Shown here: in pieces, positions 1 to 14,490 of the stretch
Layout: every line of letters begins with the position of its first letter
Position numbering within the stretch: the first letter of the stretch is position 1
NCBI RefSeq assembly: GCF_009914755.1
Contig: NC_060930.1
DNA from: the human T2T-CHM13v2.0 reference genome, Homo sapiens
Strand: one strand, 5' to 3'
DNA: 64,000 nt
Notes under the pieces: generated by a model
Told to the model about the DNA's origin: nothing
The model's database searches: none
The model's input: only the letters and a program-made list of their open reading frames with translations
Program-made: the position numbers and the translations under genes

Positions 1-375
1 CTGTGAATATAACCTTATTTGGAAATAGGGTCTTTGCATATATAATCAAGATTATGTTTATATTGGATTAGGATAGAAGGGTTCCTTACAAGAAGAAGGG
101 AATTTGAACACAGACACATGGGAGACATTCCATGTGAAGATGAAAGTACAGACTGGAGTGATGTGTATACAAGCCAAGAAACACCAAGGATTGCCAGGAG
201 CTATTAGAACCCAGAAGAGGCCAGGAAGGATAATCCTCTAGGGACTTTAGAGAGAGCGTGGCTCAGCCAACACTTTTATCTCAGACTTGTAATCTCCAGA
301 TATGTGAAAAACAAATTTCTGTTGTTTTGAGTCACCAAGTTTGTGTAACTTGTTTCTGTAGCCTGAGAAGTTATT
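1..375 (+). mobile_element. MLT1C-like MaLR LTR (5' part outside window)
   Basis: Motifs ACCTTATTTGGAAATAGGGTCTTTGCA, CAAGCCAAGAAACACCAAGGATTGCC, AAATTTCTGTTGTTTT..CACCAAGTTTGTG typical of MLT1B/C. Confidence 0.85.
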
Positions 376-2855
376 AAAAAGAAAGAAAACAAAATTTACT
401 TTTATTCTTATGTTAGCCATTTCCAGTGCTCCTTATTCATTCTTATAAATATATATTTCAATTTGATATTATTTTTCTTGTTCCAGAATGACTTCCTTAA
501 ATATTTTTTGTACTGTTAATGTGATGGCAATAGATTCCCTTTGCTTCTTTTCTTTTTTTCTGTTGATTCTTTATGGGTATATAGTTGGAGTAAATATTTG
601 TGGGTTACATGCAATATTTGGATCTAGGCATGCAATGTGTACTAATCACATCAGGGTAAATGGGGTATCCATTACCTCAAGCACTTATCCTTTGTGTTAC
701 AAACAATCCAATTATACTCTTTCAGTTATTTTAAAATGTACATTTAAATTATTTTTGACTATAGTCCTACTGTTGTGCTAGCAGGTCTTATTCATTCTTT
801 CTATATTTTGTACCTATTAACCATTCCCACTTCTCCCCCATTCCCTCTGGTAACCATCCTTCTGCTCTCTAACTGTCTCCATGAGTTCAATTGTTTTCAT
901 TTTTAGCTCCTGCAAATAAGTAAGACCATGTGAATTTTCTTTGTGTTCCTGGCTTATTTCACTTAACCCAATGACCTTGAGTTCCACCCGTGTTGTTGCA
1001 GATGACAAGATCTCATTCTTATTTTTATGGCTGGATGGTACTTTATTGTGTATATGTACCACATTTTCTTTATCCATTCATCAGTTGATGGACACTTAGA
1101 TTGCCTCCAAATCTTGCATATTGTAAATAGTGCTGTAACAAACATAGGAGTGCATGTATCTCTTCAATATACTGATTTCCTTTCTTTTGGGTATATACCT
1201 AGGAGTGAGATTGCTGCATTGTATGGTAGCTGTATTTTTATTTTTTTTGAGGAACCCCAAACTCTTCTCCATAGTGGTTGTACTAAGTTTCATTCCCACC
1301 AACAGTGTACAGGGGTTCCCCTCTCTCCATATCCTTGCCAGCATTTGTTATTGCCTGACTTTTGGATAAAAGTCATACTAAATAAGGTGAGATGATATCT
1401 CATTGTAGTTTTGATTTGCATTTCTCTGATGATCAATGATGTTGAGCACCTTTCTATATATTTGTTTGCCATTTATCTATATTATTTTGAGAAATATGTA
1501 TTCAGGCTTTTTGCCCATTTTTAATTCAATTATTGTATGTTTTCCTATAGTGCCGTTTGAGTTCATTATGTATTCTGGTTATTAATCCCTTGTCAGATGG
1601 GTAGTTTTCAAATATGTTCTTCCATTCTGTATGTTGTCTCTTCACTTTGTTGATTGTTTCCTTTGCAGTGCTGAAGATTTTTAAATCAACGTAATCCTAT
1701 TTGTCCATCTTTTCTTTGGTTGCTTATGCTTGTAAGGTATTACTCAAAAAAATCTTTGCCCAGTTCAACGTCCTAGAAGCTTTCCCCAATGTTTTCCTTT
1801 AGTAGTTTTATAGTATGAGGTCTCAGACATAAGTCTTCAGTCCATTTTGATTTGATTTTTGTATATGGTGAGAGATAAGGGTCTAGCTTCATTCTTCTGC
1901 GTATGGATATTCAATTTCCCCAACATTACTTATTGAAGAGATGATCCTTTCCCCAATATATGTTCATGGCACCTTTGTCAAAAATGTGTTCACTGTAGAT
2001 GAATAGATTTATCTCTGGAATCTCTATTCTGTTTCATTGATCTGTGTGTCTTTTTCATGCCCGTACCATGCCATTTGGGTTACTACAGTTCTGTAGCATA
2101 ATTTAAAATCAGGTAATGTGATTCCTCCAGTTGTTTTTGTTTTTGTTTTTGCTCAGGATAGCTTTGGCTATTCTGGGTCTTTGTGGTTTCATATAAATTT
2201 TAGGATTGCTTTTTGTCTAATTTTCCCATAAGGGTAATACTGACCTTATAGAATGAGTTTGGAAGTATTCCTTCCTCCTCTATTCTTCAGAATAGTTTGG
2301 GCAGCATTGGTATTAGTTCTTTAAATGTTTGATAGAATTCAGCAGTGAAGCCATTGTGTCCTGGGGCATTTTTTATTACAACTTTGATCTTGTTACTTGT
2401 CATTAGTCAGTTCAGACTTTGGATTTCTTCATGGTTCAATCTTGGTAGGTTGTATGTATCTAGGAATGTATCAATTTCATTTTATATTTTCAAATCTATT
2501 GGCATATAGTTGCTCATAGTAGCCATTAGTTATCATTTGAATTTCTGTGGCATCAATTATATCTTTTTTTGGTCTCTTATTTTATTTATTTGGGTCCTCT
2601 TTCTCAGTCTGGATAGAGGCTTGCCAATTTTGTTTATCTTTCCAGAAAAACAACTTTTTATTTCATTAATCTTTTACATTGCTTTCTTCATTTCAAATTC
2701 ATTTATTTCTCTTCTGATTTTTATTATTACTTTTCTTCGACTAATTTTGGGTTTGGTTTGCTCTTGCTTTTCTAATTCTTTAAGTTACATTGTTGGGTTG
2801 TTCGTTTGAAGTTTTTCTTCCTTTTTGATGTAGGCACTTACAGCTGTAAACTTTC

Positions 2856-3215
<360 letters not shown>

Positions 3216-4291
3216 CTATGGGTCATTCAGGAGCATATTGTTTAATTTCGATGTATTGGTATAGTTTTCAAAATTTCTCTTGTTACTGATATCTAGGTTT
3301 TTATTCATTGTGGTCAGAGAAGATGGTTGATATGATATTATTTCAGTTTTTGAATGTTTTAAGACTTGTTTCTTGACCTAAGACATAGTCTATTCTTGAG
3401 AATGATCCATGTGCTGAGAAAAAGAATGTGTATTCTGCAGCTGTTGAATGATATGTTCTATAAATATGTATTAGGTCCATTTGGTCTATAGTGCAGATTA
3501 AGTCCAATCTTTCTTTGTTGATTTTCTGTCCAGATGATCTATCCAGTGTTGAAAGTGGGATGTTCATGTCTCCAGCTATTATTGTATTGGGGTCTGTCTC
3601 TCTTTTTAGTCCTAATAATATTTTATTTATATATCTGGGTGTTCAGTGTTGGGTGAATATATACTTACCATTATTATATCCTCTTGCTGAACTGACCCCT
3701 TTATCATTATATAGTGACCTTCCTCGACTCTTGATAGTTTTTGCCTTGCAGTCTATTTTGTCTAATGTTTGTGACTCTTGCTCTTTTTTGGTTTCCATTG
3801 GCATGAAATATCTTTTCTCTATCCCTTTATTTTCAGTTCGTGTGTGTCTTTACAGGTGAAGTGTGTTTCTTATAGGCAACAGATTATTGGATCTTTTTTT
3901 TTTAATCCATTCAGCCACTCTATGTATTTGATTGCAGAGTTTAGTCTATTTGCATTCCACATTGTTATTGATAAGTAAAGACTTACTCCTGCCACTTGGT
4001 TATTTGTTTTGTGGTTGTTTGTAGTGTTATCTTCCTTCTTTCCTTTCTGCCTGTCTTTTTTTTAGTGAAAGTAATTTTCTTTAGTCGTATCATTAACTTT
4101 CTTGTTCTTTATTTTTTTGTGTATCTGTTGTATGATTTTTGATTTGAGATTATCAGAAGGCTTGCAATTGTCTTATAACTGTTTATTTTAAGCTGATAAC
4201 AATTTAACACTCTTTGCATAAATAGATAAGCAAACTAACAAGCAAAAAGAAAACTAATAACTCTACACCTTAATTTTGTCGCCTTGCTTTT

Positions 4292-4457
4292 TTTTTCAAT
4301 TGTTATTTATTTATTTATTTATTTACTTATTTTTTTGAGTACAGATGGAGGTTCCCAATGTTGGCCAGGCTGGTCTCAAACTCCTGACCTCAAGTGATGC
4401 CCTCACTTTGATCTCCCACAGTGCTAGGATTGAAGGCATGAGCCACCGTGCCCAGCC
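4292..4457 (-). mobile_element. Alu left monomer / FLAM with (TTTA)n tail
   Basis: Single-monomer Alu sequence; degenerate TSD TGTCGCCTTGCTTTT (4277-4291) / TGTCTCCCTGCTTTT (4461-4475). Confidence 0.85.
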
Positions 4458-6679
4458 TGATGTCTCCCTGCTTTTTAACTTTTTATTGTTTCTATTTATA
4501 TCTTTGTGTACTGCCTATGTCTCAAAATGTTGTAGTTATTATTTTGGATTAGATTATCATTTACTATTTCTGCTTAAGACAAGAGTAGGTTACACACCAC
4601 AGTTACAGTATTATAACAGTGTTATAGTATTCTTTGTTTTTCTGTGTTCTTATTACTAATAGTGAGTTTTGTACCTCTAGATAATTTGTTATTGCTTATT
4701 AATGCCATTTTCTTTCTGATTTAAGTACGTCCTTTAGCATTTTTTGTAGAACATATCTGGTGTTGATGAAATCTCTCAGCTTTTGTTTGTCTGAGAAAGT
4801 CTTTATTTCCCCTTCATGTTTGAAAGATATTTTCACCAGACATACTATTCTAGGGTAAAATATTTTTTCCTTGAACTCTTTAAATATGTCATGCCACTCT
4901 CTCCTGGCCTGTAAGTTTTCCACAAAAAAGTCTGCTGCCAGACGTATGAGAGCTATACTGTATGTTTCTTTTCTCTTTCTGCTTTTATACTCCTTTCTTT
5001 ATCCTTGACCTATGGGAGTCTGAATATTAAATGCCTTGAGGTAGTCTTATTTGGGTTAAATCTTCTTGGAGTTCTATAACCTGGTACTTAGATATTGTTA
5101 TCTTTCTCTAGGTTTGGGAAGTTCTCTGTTATTATTCCTTTGAATAAATTTTCTACCCCTATCTCTTTCTCTACCTTCTCTTTAAGGCCAATAATTCTTA
5201 GGTGTGTTCTTTTGCAGCTATTTTCTTAATCCTGTAGGTGTGTTTGATTGTTTTTTATTCTATTTTCTTTTATCTGCTCTGACTGTGTATTTTTAAAGAG
5301 CCTGTCTTCAAATTGACTAATCTTCAGCACCATTAATTCCATCATTAAAAGACTCTGATGCATTCTTCAGTATATCAACTGCATTTCTCAACTCCAAAAT
5401 TTCTGCTTGATTCTTTTAAATTATTTCAACCTCTTTGTTAAATTGTCTGATAGAATTTTGAATTCCTTCTCTGTGTTATCTTGAATTTTTTTGAGTTTCC
5501 TCAAAACAGCAGTTTTGAATTGTGTGTCTGAAAAGTCACTTATCTCTGTTTCTCCAGGCTTGGGCCCTGGTGCCTTATTTAGTTCATTTGGTGAGGTCAT
5601 ATTTTCCTGGAGGATCTTGATGCTTGTGGATGTTCATCTGTGCCTGGGCATTAAAGGGTCAGGTATTGTAGTCTTCACAATCTGGGCATGTTTATTTCGT
5701 CTTTCTTCTGAAAGTTTTCCAGGTATTTGAAAAAACATGAGTATTGTGATCTAAGCTGTGTCTACATTAGAGGACACCCCAAGCCCAGTAATGCTGTGGT
5801 TTCTTGCAGAAACATAGAGGTACCACCATGATGGTCTCAAACAAGAGCTGAGAGAATTCTCTGGATTACCAGGAAGAAACTCTTGTTCTCTTCCCTTACT
5901 TTATCCCAAGCAAATGGAGTCTATGTCTTTCTTTACTGAGCTACCTGGAGCTGCGGTTTGGGTGAAACATGCACCCCTGTGGCCACCACCACCAGGACTG
6001 CACTGGGTCGGATCTGAAGCCAGCACAGCACTGGGTCATGCTCAAGGCCTGTGGTAACCACTATGTGGATACTGCCTATGTTCGCTGAAGGCTCTGGGGC
6101 TCTACAATCAGCAGGTGACAAAGCCAGCCATGCCTGTGTCCTTCCCTTCAGGGTGGCGAGGTCCCCCCAGGCTGTGGGTGGGTCCAGAGGTATGGCATCA
6201 GGCCTGGCATCAGAAATCTTAGAAGTATACCTGCTGTTCTATTGTCATATGTCTGGGCAGGCACTCAAACCACAAGATACAATTCTTCACATTCTTCTCT
6301 CCCCTTTTCACAGGCAGAGGATCCTCACTCTGCTTTCACCACCATCACAGGCCCATAGATAGTAATGCTCAGGTACTACTGATGTTCCCTTCAGGTCTAC
6401 AGGCTCTTCACTCAGTTTTTGGTGAATGTTGCCTAGCCTGGGTCTCACCCTTCAGGGTAGTGCATTCTCCTTTGACCCAGGAAAGATCCAGGAATGCCAC
6501 TGCAGAGCCAAAGCTTGGAATTGGGAGCCCCAAGCATCTGCTTGGTACTCTACACTCCTGTGACCGAGTTGGTACCTAAGATGCAAGACACAGGCCCCTT
6601 TACTTTTCCCTCTGCTTTTCATAAGCAAGTGTCTTTCACCATAGTCACTAGAGTTGGGAATGTACCGTGTTTCATCTGA

Positions 6680-7073
<394 letters not shown>

Positions 7074-7521
7074 GGCCCAACGATTCTTTAGTCAGCAGGT
7101 GATAGGTCCTGCCAGGACTGAGTCCTTTCCTTCAAGGTAACAGGTTCTCTTCTAGGCCAGGGTATGTCTAGAAATGTCACCTGAGAGCTAGGGCCTAGAA
7201 AGGGGGCCTCATGCCCCCTTTCACTATCAGTGAAAGTAAATATCAGACTTAATTCTACTACACATACCGTCATTTAGTAATCATATATTAAAAAAAACTA
7301 TTTATAAGGGCCTATACAATTTATTTAATCTTGATGAAGTCTATTGCTTTGGAATTGCATGTGTTCTGACAATACCTCGCATAAGGTGTTCAATTTCGTC
7401 AGATATGGTAATATCATAGAAGTCCACTTAGGTTACCCTTATAGTCAGCATAAAGTAACCAGGAATCCTCCAATCTGATGTTTGAAAGTAAGACTAGCAG
7501 AAATCCTTTGGCCACCATGCC

Positions 7522-7886
7522 TGTATTACCCTATTTTAGCTGATACAATAAAATGCCATAAACTTGGTAGCTTATGAATAACAGAAATTTATTTCTCACA
7601 GTTCTGGAGTCTGGGAAGTCCAAGATCAAGGTGCAGGCAAATTTCATGTCTGGTTAGGGCCAGCATCCTGGTTCATAGATCACCATCTTTTTACTATGAC
7701 CTCACATGGCAGAAGAAGCCAAGGAGTTCTCTGTGGCCTGTATTATAAGAGCACTAATCTCATCAGTGAGGGCTCCCACCTTTATGACCTAATTAACTAA
7801 AAAAAACTACTTCTTCAAATACCATCACCTTGGGGATGAAGTTTCAACATATAAACTTTGGGATGACACAAACATTGTCTATAGTG
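7522..7886 (-). mobile_element. MLT1A/MLT1A0 solo LTR
   Basis: AACAGAAATTTATTTCTCACAGTTCTGGAGTCTGGGAAGTCCAAGATCAAGGTG..TTTCAACATATAAACTTTGGGATGACACAAACATT. Confidence 0.85.
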
Positions 7887-9089
7887 ATCTCAAGGGGTAA
7901 AGTCTCTAGGCCTGGATGGACTCCTAATTTACATCTTATTTATATAAATTTGAGCAGCAGCTTGAAAATATGTTATCCAAAGCACATAGCTCAAGTATTT
8001 TTAAGTTAATATAATATCTCATTTTTATTATTCAACATGTTAATGTTAGTTCATATTCAAAGTGTTAGTAAACCAAACAGTTTAGCAATAAAACCTCTTT
8101 CTGCTATAATGTTAGCTGACGCTTCTAGAATGAGGAATCTCTATTTGGGAAATGGACTATAACTAGAACTTCCTAGACAAGTGAAGAATATAGCATAATA
8201 GCTTGATGGACACTTTTTTAAACTGATTAATTAGTGAAGGAAGTGAAGAAAATACCATAATAGCATAAAAACTTTTGATTTATTAATTAGTATAAGGCTT
8301 TGAGATGAATTTATAAGGAGTAGGGAGAAATTCTCTTTCTCCATTTTTGTCTCATAAATGTGTTTGTAAAGTACTATTCCCTTTTATATTTTCCTTTCAC
8401 TTTTATAATTATTCTGAACTTTGATGAAGGAAGCTGCTACTTACTTATAAGGCATTTATATTGTCAGGAGATTGTGTGTAATCCTTAAGGGACTACCTAG
8501 GTATAATTTATAGTGTGCTGCTCTGAGAGTGGGGTAAATAAATCCATTTTTGTTTTATAGTCAAATTAGCAAAGAAAGCTTCATTTTTGAGAATTTGATA
8601 CTAAGTACATCAGTTATATATATATCACCATAAGGAGTAATTGTCATCTTCATATCACAATTTTTGTAACTAAAAATATATAATCTATGCTCCTGTTTGA
8701 ATGTGAGCATATTTAGATTTTCTTTAAAATGATTAATTAACTAAGCAAATATTTATAGAATTTTTACTATAAATTCGGTGAATCCGTGTCCTAGACAAGG
8801 AAAAATGAATCTTCAAAAGAGTCCCCTATCCAAAGCGGAGGGGATGGGGGAAAGTGGAGAGAAGAAAAAAGGGTGTTTTTAAAAGTGCTAAACAAACTGA
8901 TTTTAGCTAATGCAAAATGGCGGCTGAGGCGAGTATAGATATTTCAAGTAACACTTGGAACAAAGAATTGACTGAGTCAAATTCACCCGGTTGGTCCCAG
9001 GCAAGCTTTAAACATTTTCTTGATGGCTGGATTGTAAGCCTGATGTGGAGTAATTCAGCTTAGTTACAAACATTCACCTTCAGAAGTAA

Positions 9090-9500
9090 ATTTATTCTAT
9101 ATGATACTACATCAGTCAAAAAATCCTGGATGATTTTTGTCCGAATTGTATGAGCTCTTAGCTAAATGTAACCAAGTGACTAATGTTGGCCAATGAGATG
9201 TATTTTAAAATGCAAGCCTTTGTGAGGACTACTTAAAATTGATATCTCAGGCAGAAAGTACTTTTTGACCGGTCCACTTATTTCCTCCTTTAGGCTTGGA
9301 CCTGTAATGTAATGGCTGATGCTTCAACCTTTATGGTCCTTAAGATGATACGAAGTTATAACCACAAGTTAGAAAGGTGAAAAAAGGACAAGAGTAGGCT
9401 GGCTCTCTGATGATTATAGTTGCCCATATCAGCCCTGTTCTGTTCACCTTCAGAGTCTTCTCCATGAGAGACAAATAAAGATTTCATTTGCTTTTAGGCC
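9090..9500 (+). mobile_element. Old MLT1 (J/K/L-like) LTR remnant
   Basis: CAAGTGACTAATGTTGGCCAATGAGATGT..TCTCTGATGA..ATCAGCCCTG..TGAGAGACAAATAAA. Confidence 0.55.
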
Positions 9501-9958
9501 AGTACAATTCTTAATTCATTCATCAGACTAGAAAAATAAAGGAATATCTTAACACTTTACCAAAATCTCTGTTATTTTCTCCTTCTTGCACCATAGAAAA
9601 TATTTCTATGCAGTTTTCAACTTTACTTATGGGCAGAAATTTCAGAATCCCATTGAATTTCAGGGATTGGGTCACTGCCTTCGTGCAGTAGTAACAATGA
9701 CAATGAAGAGAGTCTTATGGTTTCTTCCATTTCCCCAATGTCTCTTATTTTGTATCCTCTGATGTTAAACAGAGCATCTATACAAAACCTTCTCTTCGTA
9801 CCGATCTTCCCTTTGTTGTCCATTTCTTCCCGTCATCATTAATCTCTCCTATTTCTTTTTAAGACATCATATGAGCTTCTTTCTAACATTAATCTTTCTT
9901 TTATTTTCTCAATATTAGACTTTACTCTTTCCTAACTCAAGATGGGTTGCTGATGGAA

Positions 9959-10412
9959 TATGAATTAGTTTCCTAAGGCTGCTGAAAAAAACTACTACAA
10001 GCAGGGTAGCTTAAACAATATTTATTCTCTCACAGTTCTGGAGGCCAGAAGTCAATACTTGAGTTGTTGGCAGGGCATGCTTTCTGAAGGCTCTAAGGGA
10101 AAGTCTATTCTATGGCTCTCTCTCTTAGCTTCTAGTTTTGCTGGCAATGCTTGGCACCCCTTGACAGGTAAATGCATCACTCTCATTTCTACCTCTGTCA
10201 TCATGTGGCATTCTCCCTGTGTGTCTCAATCTGTTCCTCTCTTTTCTCTTCTTATAAGGCCACCAGTCATCTTGGACTAAGGCTCAATCTAAATAGGTAT
10301 GAACTTTGTGTAACTTGAGTACATCTGTGAAGACACTATTGCCAAATAAGGTCACATTCACAGGTACCAGAGGTTAGGACTTCAATATATCTGTTGGAGG
10401 GACACAATTCAA
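9959..10412 (-). mobile_element. MLT1C-like solo LTR
   Basis: TTTATTCTCTCACAGTTCTGGAGGCCAGAAGTC..CCAAATAAGGTCACATTCACAGGTACCAGAGGTTAGGACTTCAA..GGGACACAATTCA. Confidence 0.87.
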
Positions 10413-10729
10413 AATGTGAATTCGGCCACTATGACTGCCATGAATGCCACTATCCAGAGAGGGATGGTCAGCTGTGGATCTGCCTTTGGTTTAGAATTAC
10501 TGCAGCAGGATATACTTTGAATGGTCATCAAGGATACAGAGTAGTTAAGGATTATGGAGTAGTTACCATGTGACAGGTGTTGTACTAAGCTCTTTCCCAA
10601 AAATACGCTTTATTTGCCTAGTATTTTTAAATACATCTGAAATAAATAAAATCAAAAGTATAGAAATTGATTCAATAACCTTGTTTTTTTTAAACAATAA
10701 GAGCAAAAATCTTGAAATAAAAAATAGAT

Positions 10730-11150
10730 GAAATGAGAACTTAGCAATTAAATAAGACTAAGATATACCAATCTGTTGCTGTGTATGGACCTTATTTGAA
10801 TTCTGATCAAACAAACTGTAATAAAAATTATGATACAATTGAGAAAATTTGAACATTAATTAGATAACTGGTGACATTAAAGTAATTAGTGTTAATTTAT
10901 CTTAGATGAGATAATGATTAAATGTTATTTTTATAAAAAGGGCCCTAATTTTGTAGAATTATATACTGAAATATATACAGATAATCATGTTCCAATGGTT
11001 GTTCTTTCATTCATAATCTTTCTTAGGGAGCTATATATGTAGAAAATTGACCATTAATTGATAATTGTAAACATTGAATTATGACCACATGGAGATTGAT
11101 CATATTCTTCTCAATTTGTGCATATTTTTGTAACTTTCATAATAAACAGA
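10730..11150 (+). mobile_element. Old L1 3' end (L1MC4/5-like)
   Basis: TGGACCTTATTTGAATTCTGATCAAACAAACTGTA..GAAAATTTGAACA..ACTTTCATAATAAA. Confidence 0.6.
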
Positions 11151-12759
11151 AGAAATGACTAGAAAATAACCTTTAATCTGTACATATAAAAACCATGTCT
11201 TAATAAGAAACTATTTTCTTTACCTGAAAAAATTTTAAAACAACACAATTATATAAAGCTTTGAGTTTAAAATGTTTTAACATTCTTTTAATGATGATAT
11301 TGCATTAAATCTACATAACAACCAACAGATAATTAGGTGAGGGTATCAGCTGAATGTTTTCAAAAAAATAAAAGCTGAGCCATTCCTTTTAACCAATTGT
11401 AAAATCAAGTTCAAATTCCATTTCTTCAGGATTTTTAAATGGACCAGTAAGTCTTAGAACTACCTTTCTAGCACCCCAAACTGCATTTTTCATTTCATTT
11501 AAAAATCACTTAATTTTTTCAGTAAGTGTTTTTGAGTATGTGTGACTTGACTTATCAGAAAGCAAATATGGGTATCTGCTTATATGGAATACTCATTCAC
11601 AGCTTACTTGCTGATGTTTAAATATTCTTTTGATACAGAGAAGAAACACTTTCTCCAGAAAAAAATTAACAATAAAAAATAGAAAAAGGAAAGTTAACTT
11701 AAAATCACATGAAAGAGTAATTTATGGGAAAGGAAAGAGGTGAGAATGTATTCGTTACTAGGAATTTGAAAGTAAGGAGTGTAAGAAACATGAGGATAGT
11801 TCAGAAAAAGTGAAGGGTTAGTAGAATGGAGGAGGCTAGGGTCAGACTCAGGTTCATGGCTCAGGCAAGATATGAAGTAGGCCAATTTCGCCAAGGACCT
11901 CAGCTTCCTGGCTTCTGCCACTACCCAGTGTAGCCAAATGTAGACAGACATAAAGGGTAAAACCATTTTTTTTTTCAGTTATCAAAAATATTACTTTATT
12001 TACTTAAGAAACAGCATGAAGGCATACATATTAAAAAAGAATTTTCTTGTGATATGTCTTGCCATCTGGAAAATTCCTGTGGGGAATTATATAATCTCTT
12101 TTTCCCTCAAATCTTAATCTCTTTTCTCATAAAAATTGTGGATATTTCAAGCCTGAGAAAGGTAATATAAATGAGGCTTTTGTGTATTAAACTCACCAAG
12201 AGTCAATTTATAAGGTTGCCAAAGATTTGGAGAAACAAAATATACCTTTCTTTAAATAATTTCTTAAAATATTCAAATATAGGAATAGTAGAATAATTTC
12301 CCCTTTGCCTTGGCAGTTAATGTAAACTCAAAAACATTTTAAAAATAATGGATCTTAGAGGAAATTTTCCAGTGAATGTTTGTGACATTGGAGATGGAAA
12401 TATGCAAGGTTCTGGGGCCTGATATTCTTGATATAAGGGAGCTATGGACATCAAAGAAGATAAATGGTCATAAATTACAGTGAGCAAAAGATTTACAGGA
12501 ATTTTGTCAATTACTCCCTTGTCTTGGAAGAAATTCTGGAAAGGCCACACATTTTGTGACTGTAAACGGTCCTTTTGTATAGCAGGGCTAAGATGCCATG
12601 CCATGCCAAGCAACTCAAGAGTTCCCATTCTCTCTTTTTTTGTTTGCTTGTTTGTTTGTTTTTAAAAGAAGAAAAAGAAAATAACAAAAAAATACAATTT
12701 AAAAAGTTTTATGTATATAACTGGATCAATTATATAATGAGTATAAGAAAATAACTGGG

Positions 12760-12995
12760 AAACAGTGTGGTACAATGGTTAAAAGTCCAGGATTTTAGAG
12801 TAAGGTCATCTGGCTTCAAATACCACCTTAGTCTTGATCCACCTGTATCGCTAGGACTTGATCTTCTCATGTCAGAAAAGGAGTTAAAATGGGTTAAAAA
12901 GAAGTTGAGATGTGATAATGCAGGTACAGTGCTTAGCATGGTACCTCCCTTATATTAATTCCTCAAGAAATGTTAGTATTTATCATCATTATTAT
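12760..12995 (+). mobile_element. MIR SINE
   Basis: CAGTGTGGTACAATGGTTAAAAG..GGCTTCAAATACC..CAGTGCTTAGCATGGTACCT..AAATGTTAGTATT. Confidence 0.65.
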
Positions 12996-14383
12996 TTACC
13001 TATTATTCATATTGTCATTATTAGTTGGTGCTAACAAAATGACAAAATTTTTGATGGTAAAACAATTTTATGACAAACTTGGAATACCTTTTGGATTTTC
13101 AGTGGAATTCACGAATTTAAATTTTAATTGGTAAAGTGGCTATCAAATTGATCTCTGATATCTCTGTGTGATTATTTTTTCCTATATAACCATTGCCATG
13201 TAACATATTACTCCTTGTCGGATTAAGCACTCACTGGCTAACCTCTCCAGGTTAGGGTTAAATTACATATAAATACGAAGTTGTACAGGTTTACTCTATG
13301 ATTCTTAAATGGAAGAGTGGATCTGGGGTAGGGAGCCGTATTTCTCAATGATCGATAAAAACAGATATATAATCACATTCTCTGTCTTTCTTCTTAAGGA
13401 TCAAAAATTCCAATTGTCTACAGCTGTCTGACTGTAGGGAAAAGCTGGAGCAGAGGTTAATAAAAGGGACTTCTGTGTTTCAAACACTGGTAGCCTCTGC
13501 ATGCCCTTACCGAAGAGAATCACATGTTAGTACATTTCACTTTTATTCCCAACTCTACCATTCCACAGTTATATTTGCCCTTGAGGATATGAAACTGTTG
13601 TGAAACACAGTGACTTCTTCAATACTAAATAATCAGGCACCACTGGTAGAGAAGAACCCCTGTGAGAGACAAAATTTTAATTCAGAGCAGTCCACATGAG
13701 TTATTCTATTGATTCTTCAGTTAATTCAACAGCTGTACTAATTGCAGAAAGTAGTATGATGCTTCACAGGTGTCATAAAATCCAGGCTATTTTTCCATGT
13801 AGCAATCACAGCAGGTTTTAACTGGGTACACCAAGCAATCCTGACAGGATTCAGGAATCAGAAGGGAACTCAAGAGGTCCAGAAGAAATGTACTGGTGCT
13901 CCTAAGAAAGTCCAGTGGGTTTGATAACTTAATCAAGATGATTGCGAAAAGTTGTCAGAGGCCTCTCAGAATCTGCAAAACCTATATTTACATAGACTAC
14001 TTTTTTTATAAATTAAAAGCTTGGATTATGTTCCTTTGAGGTTTTGTGGTATATCTGCAGCTCCAACTAAATGGACAGTGCAGAGGAGCAGTCATGTCAC
14101 TTGTCCTAAAAACTAACTAATGGATTTTTATTTGGTTACATATATTGCTGTCTTTGAAGAAGACAATGAAAGACTGCACATAAAATAAAGGTGTAACTTG
14201 GAAAATCCTGTGGTTTCATTGAGGGGAAAACTAAGAGCCATCACTAGACTTAAAAGAAATAAAGTAAAAATAATCTTTGAAAGAAGAAACGTTATCAAGC
14301 TACCTTTAAAGAGAATGTGTCAATTCATCATTAAATAAATTCATTTAATTATCAATTAAATATATGAAATACATTCATGTATA

Positions 14384-14385
<2 letters not shown>

Positions 14386-14464
<79 letters not shown>

Positions 14465-14490
14465 TTCTTCTTTCTTTCTTTCTTTTTTTT
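14386..14490. repeat. (CTTT)n microsatellite, about 20 perfect units, derived from Alu A tail
   Basis: Uninterrupted CTTT array directly abutting a minus-strand Alu. Confidence 0.97.

Noticed and set aside
7330-7520. Coding-looking unique stretch with ATG in good context on the minus strand
   Set aside because: All frames close within about 35 codons; no recognisable protein or paired splice sites
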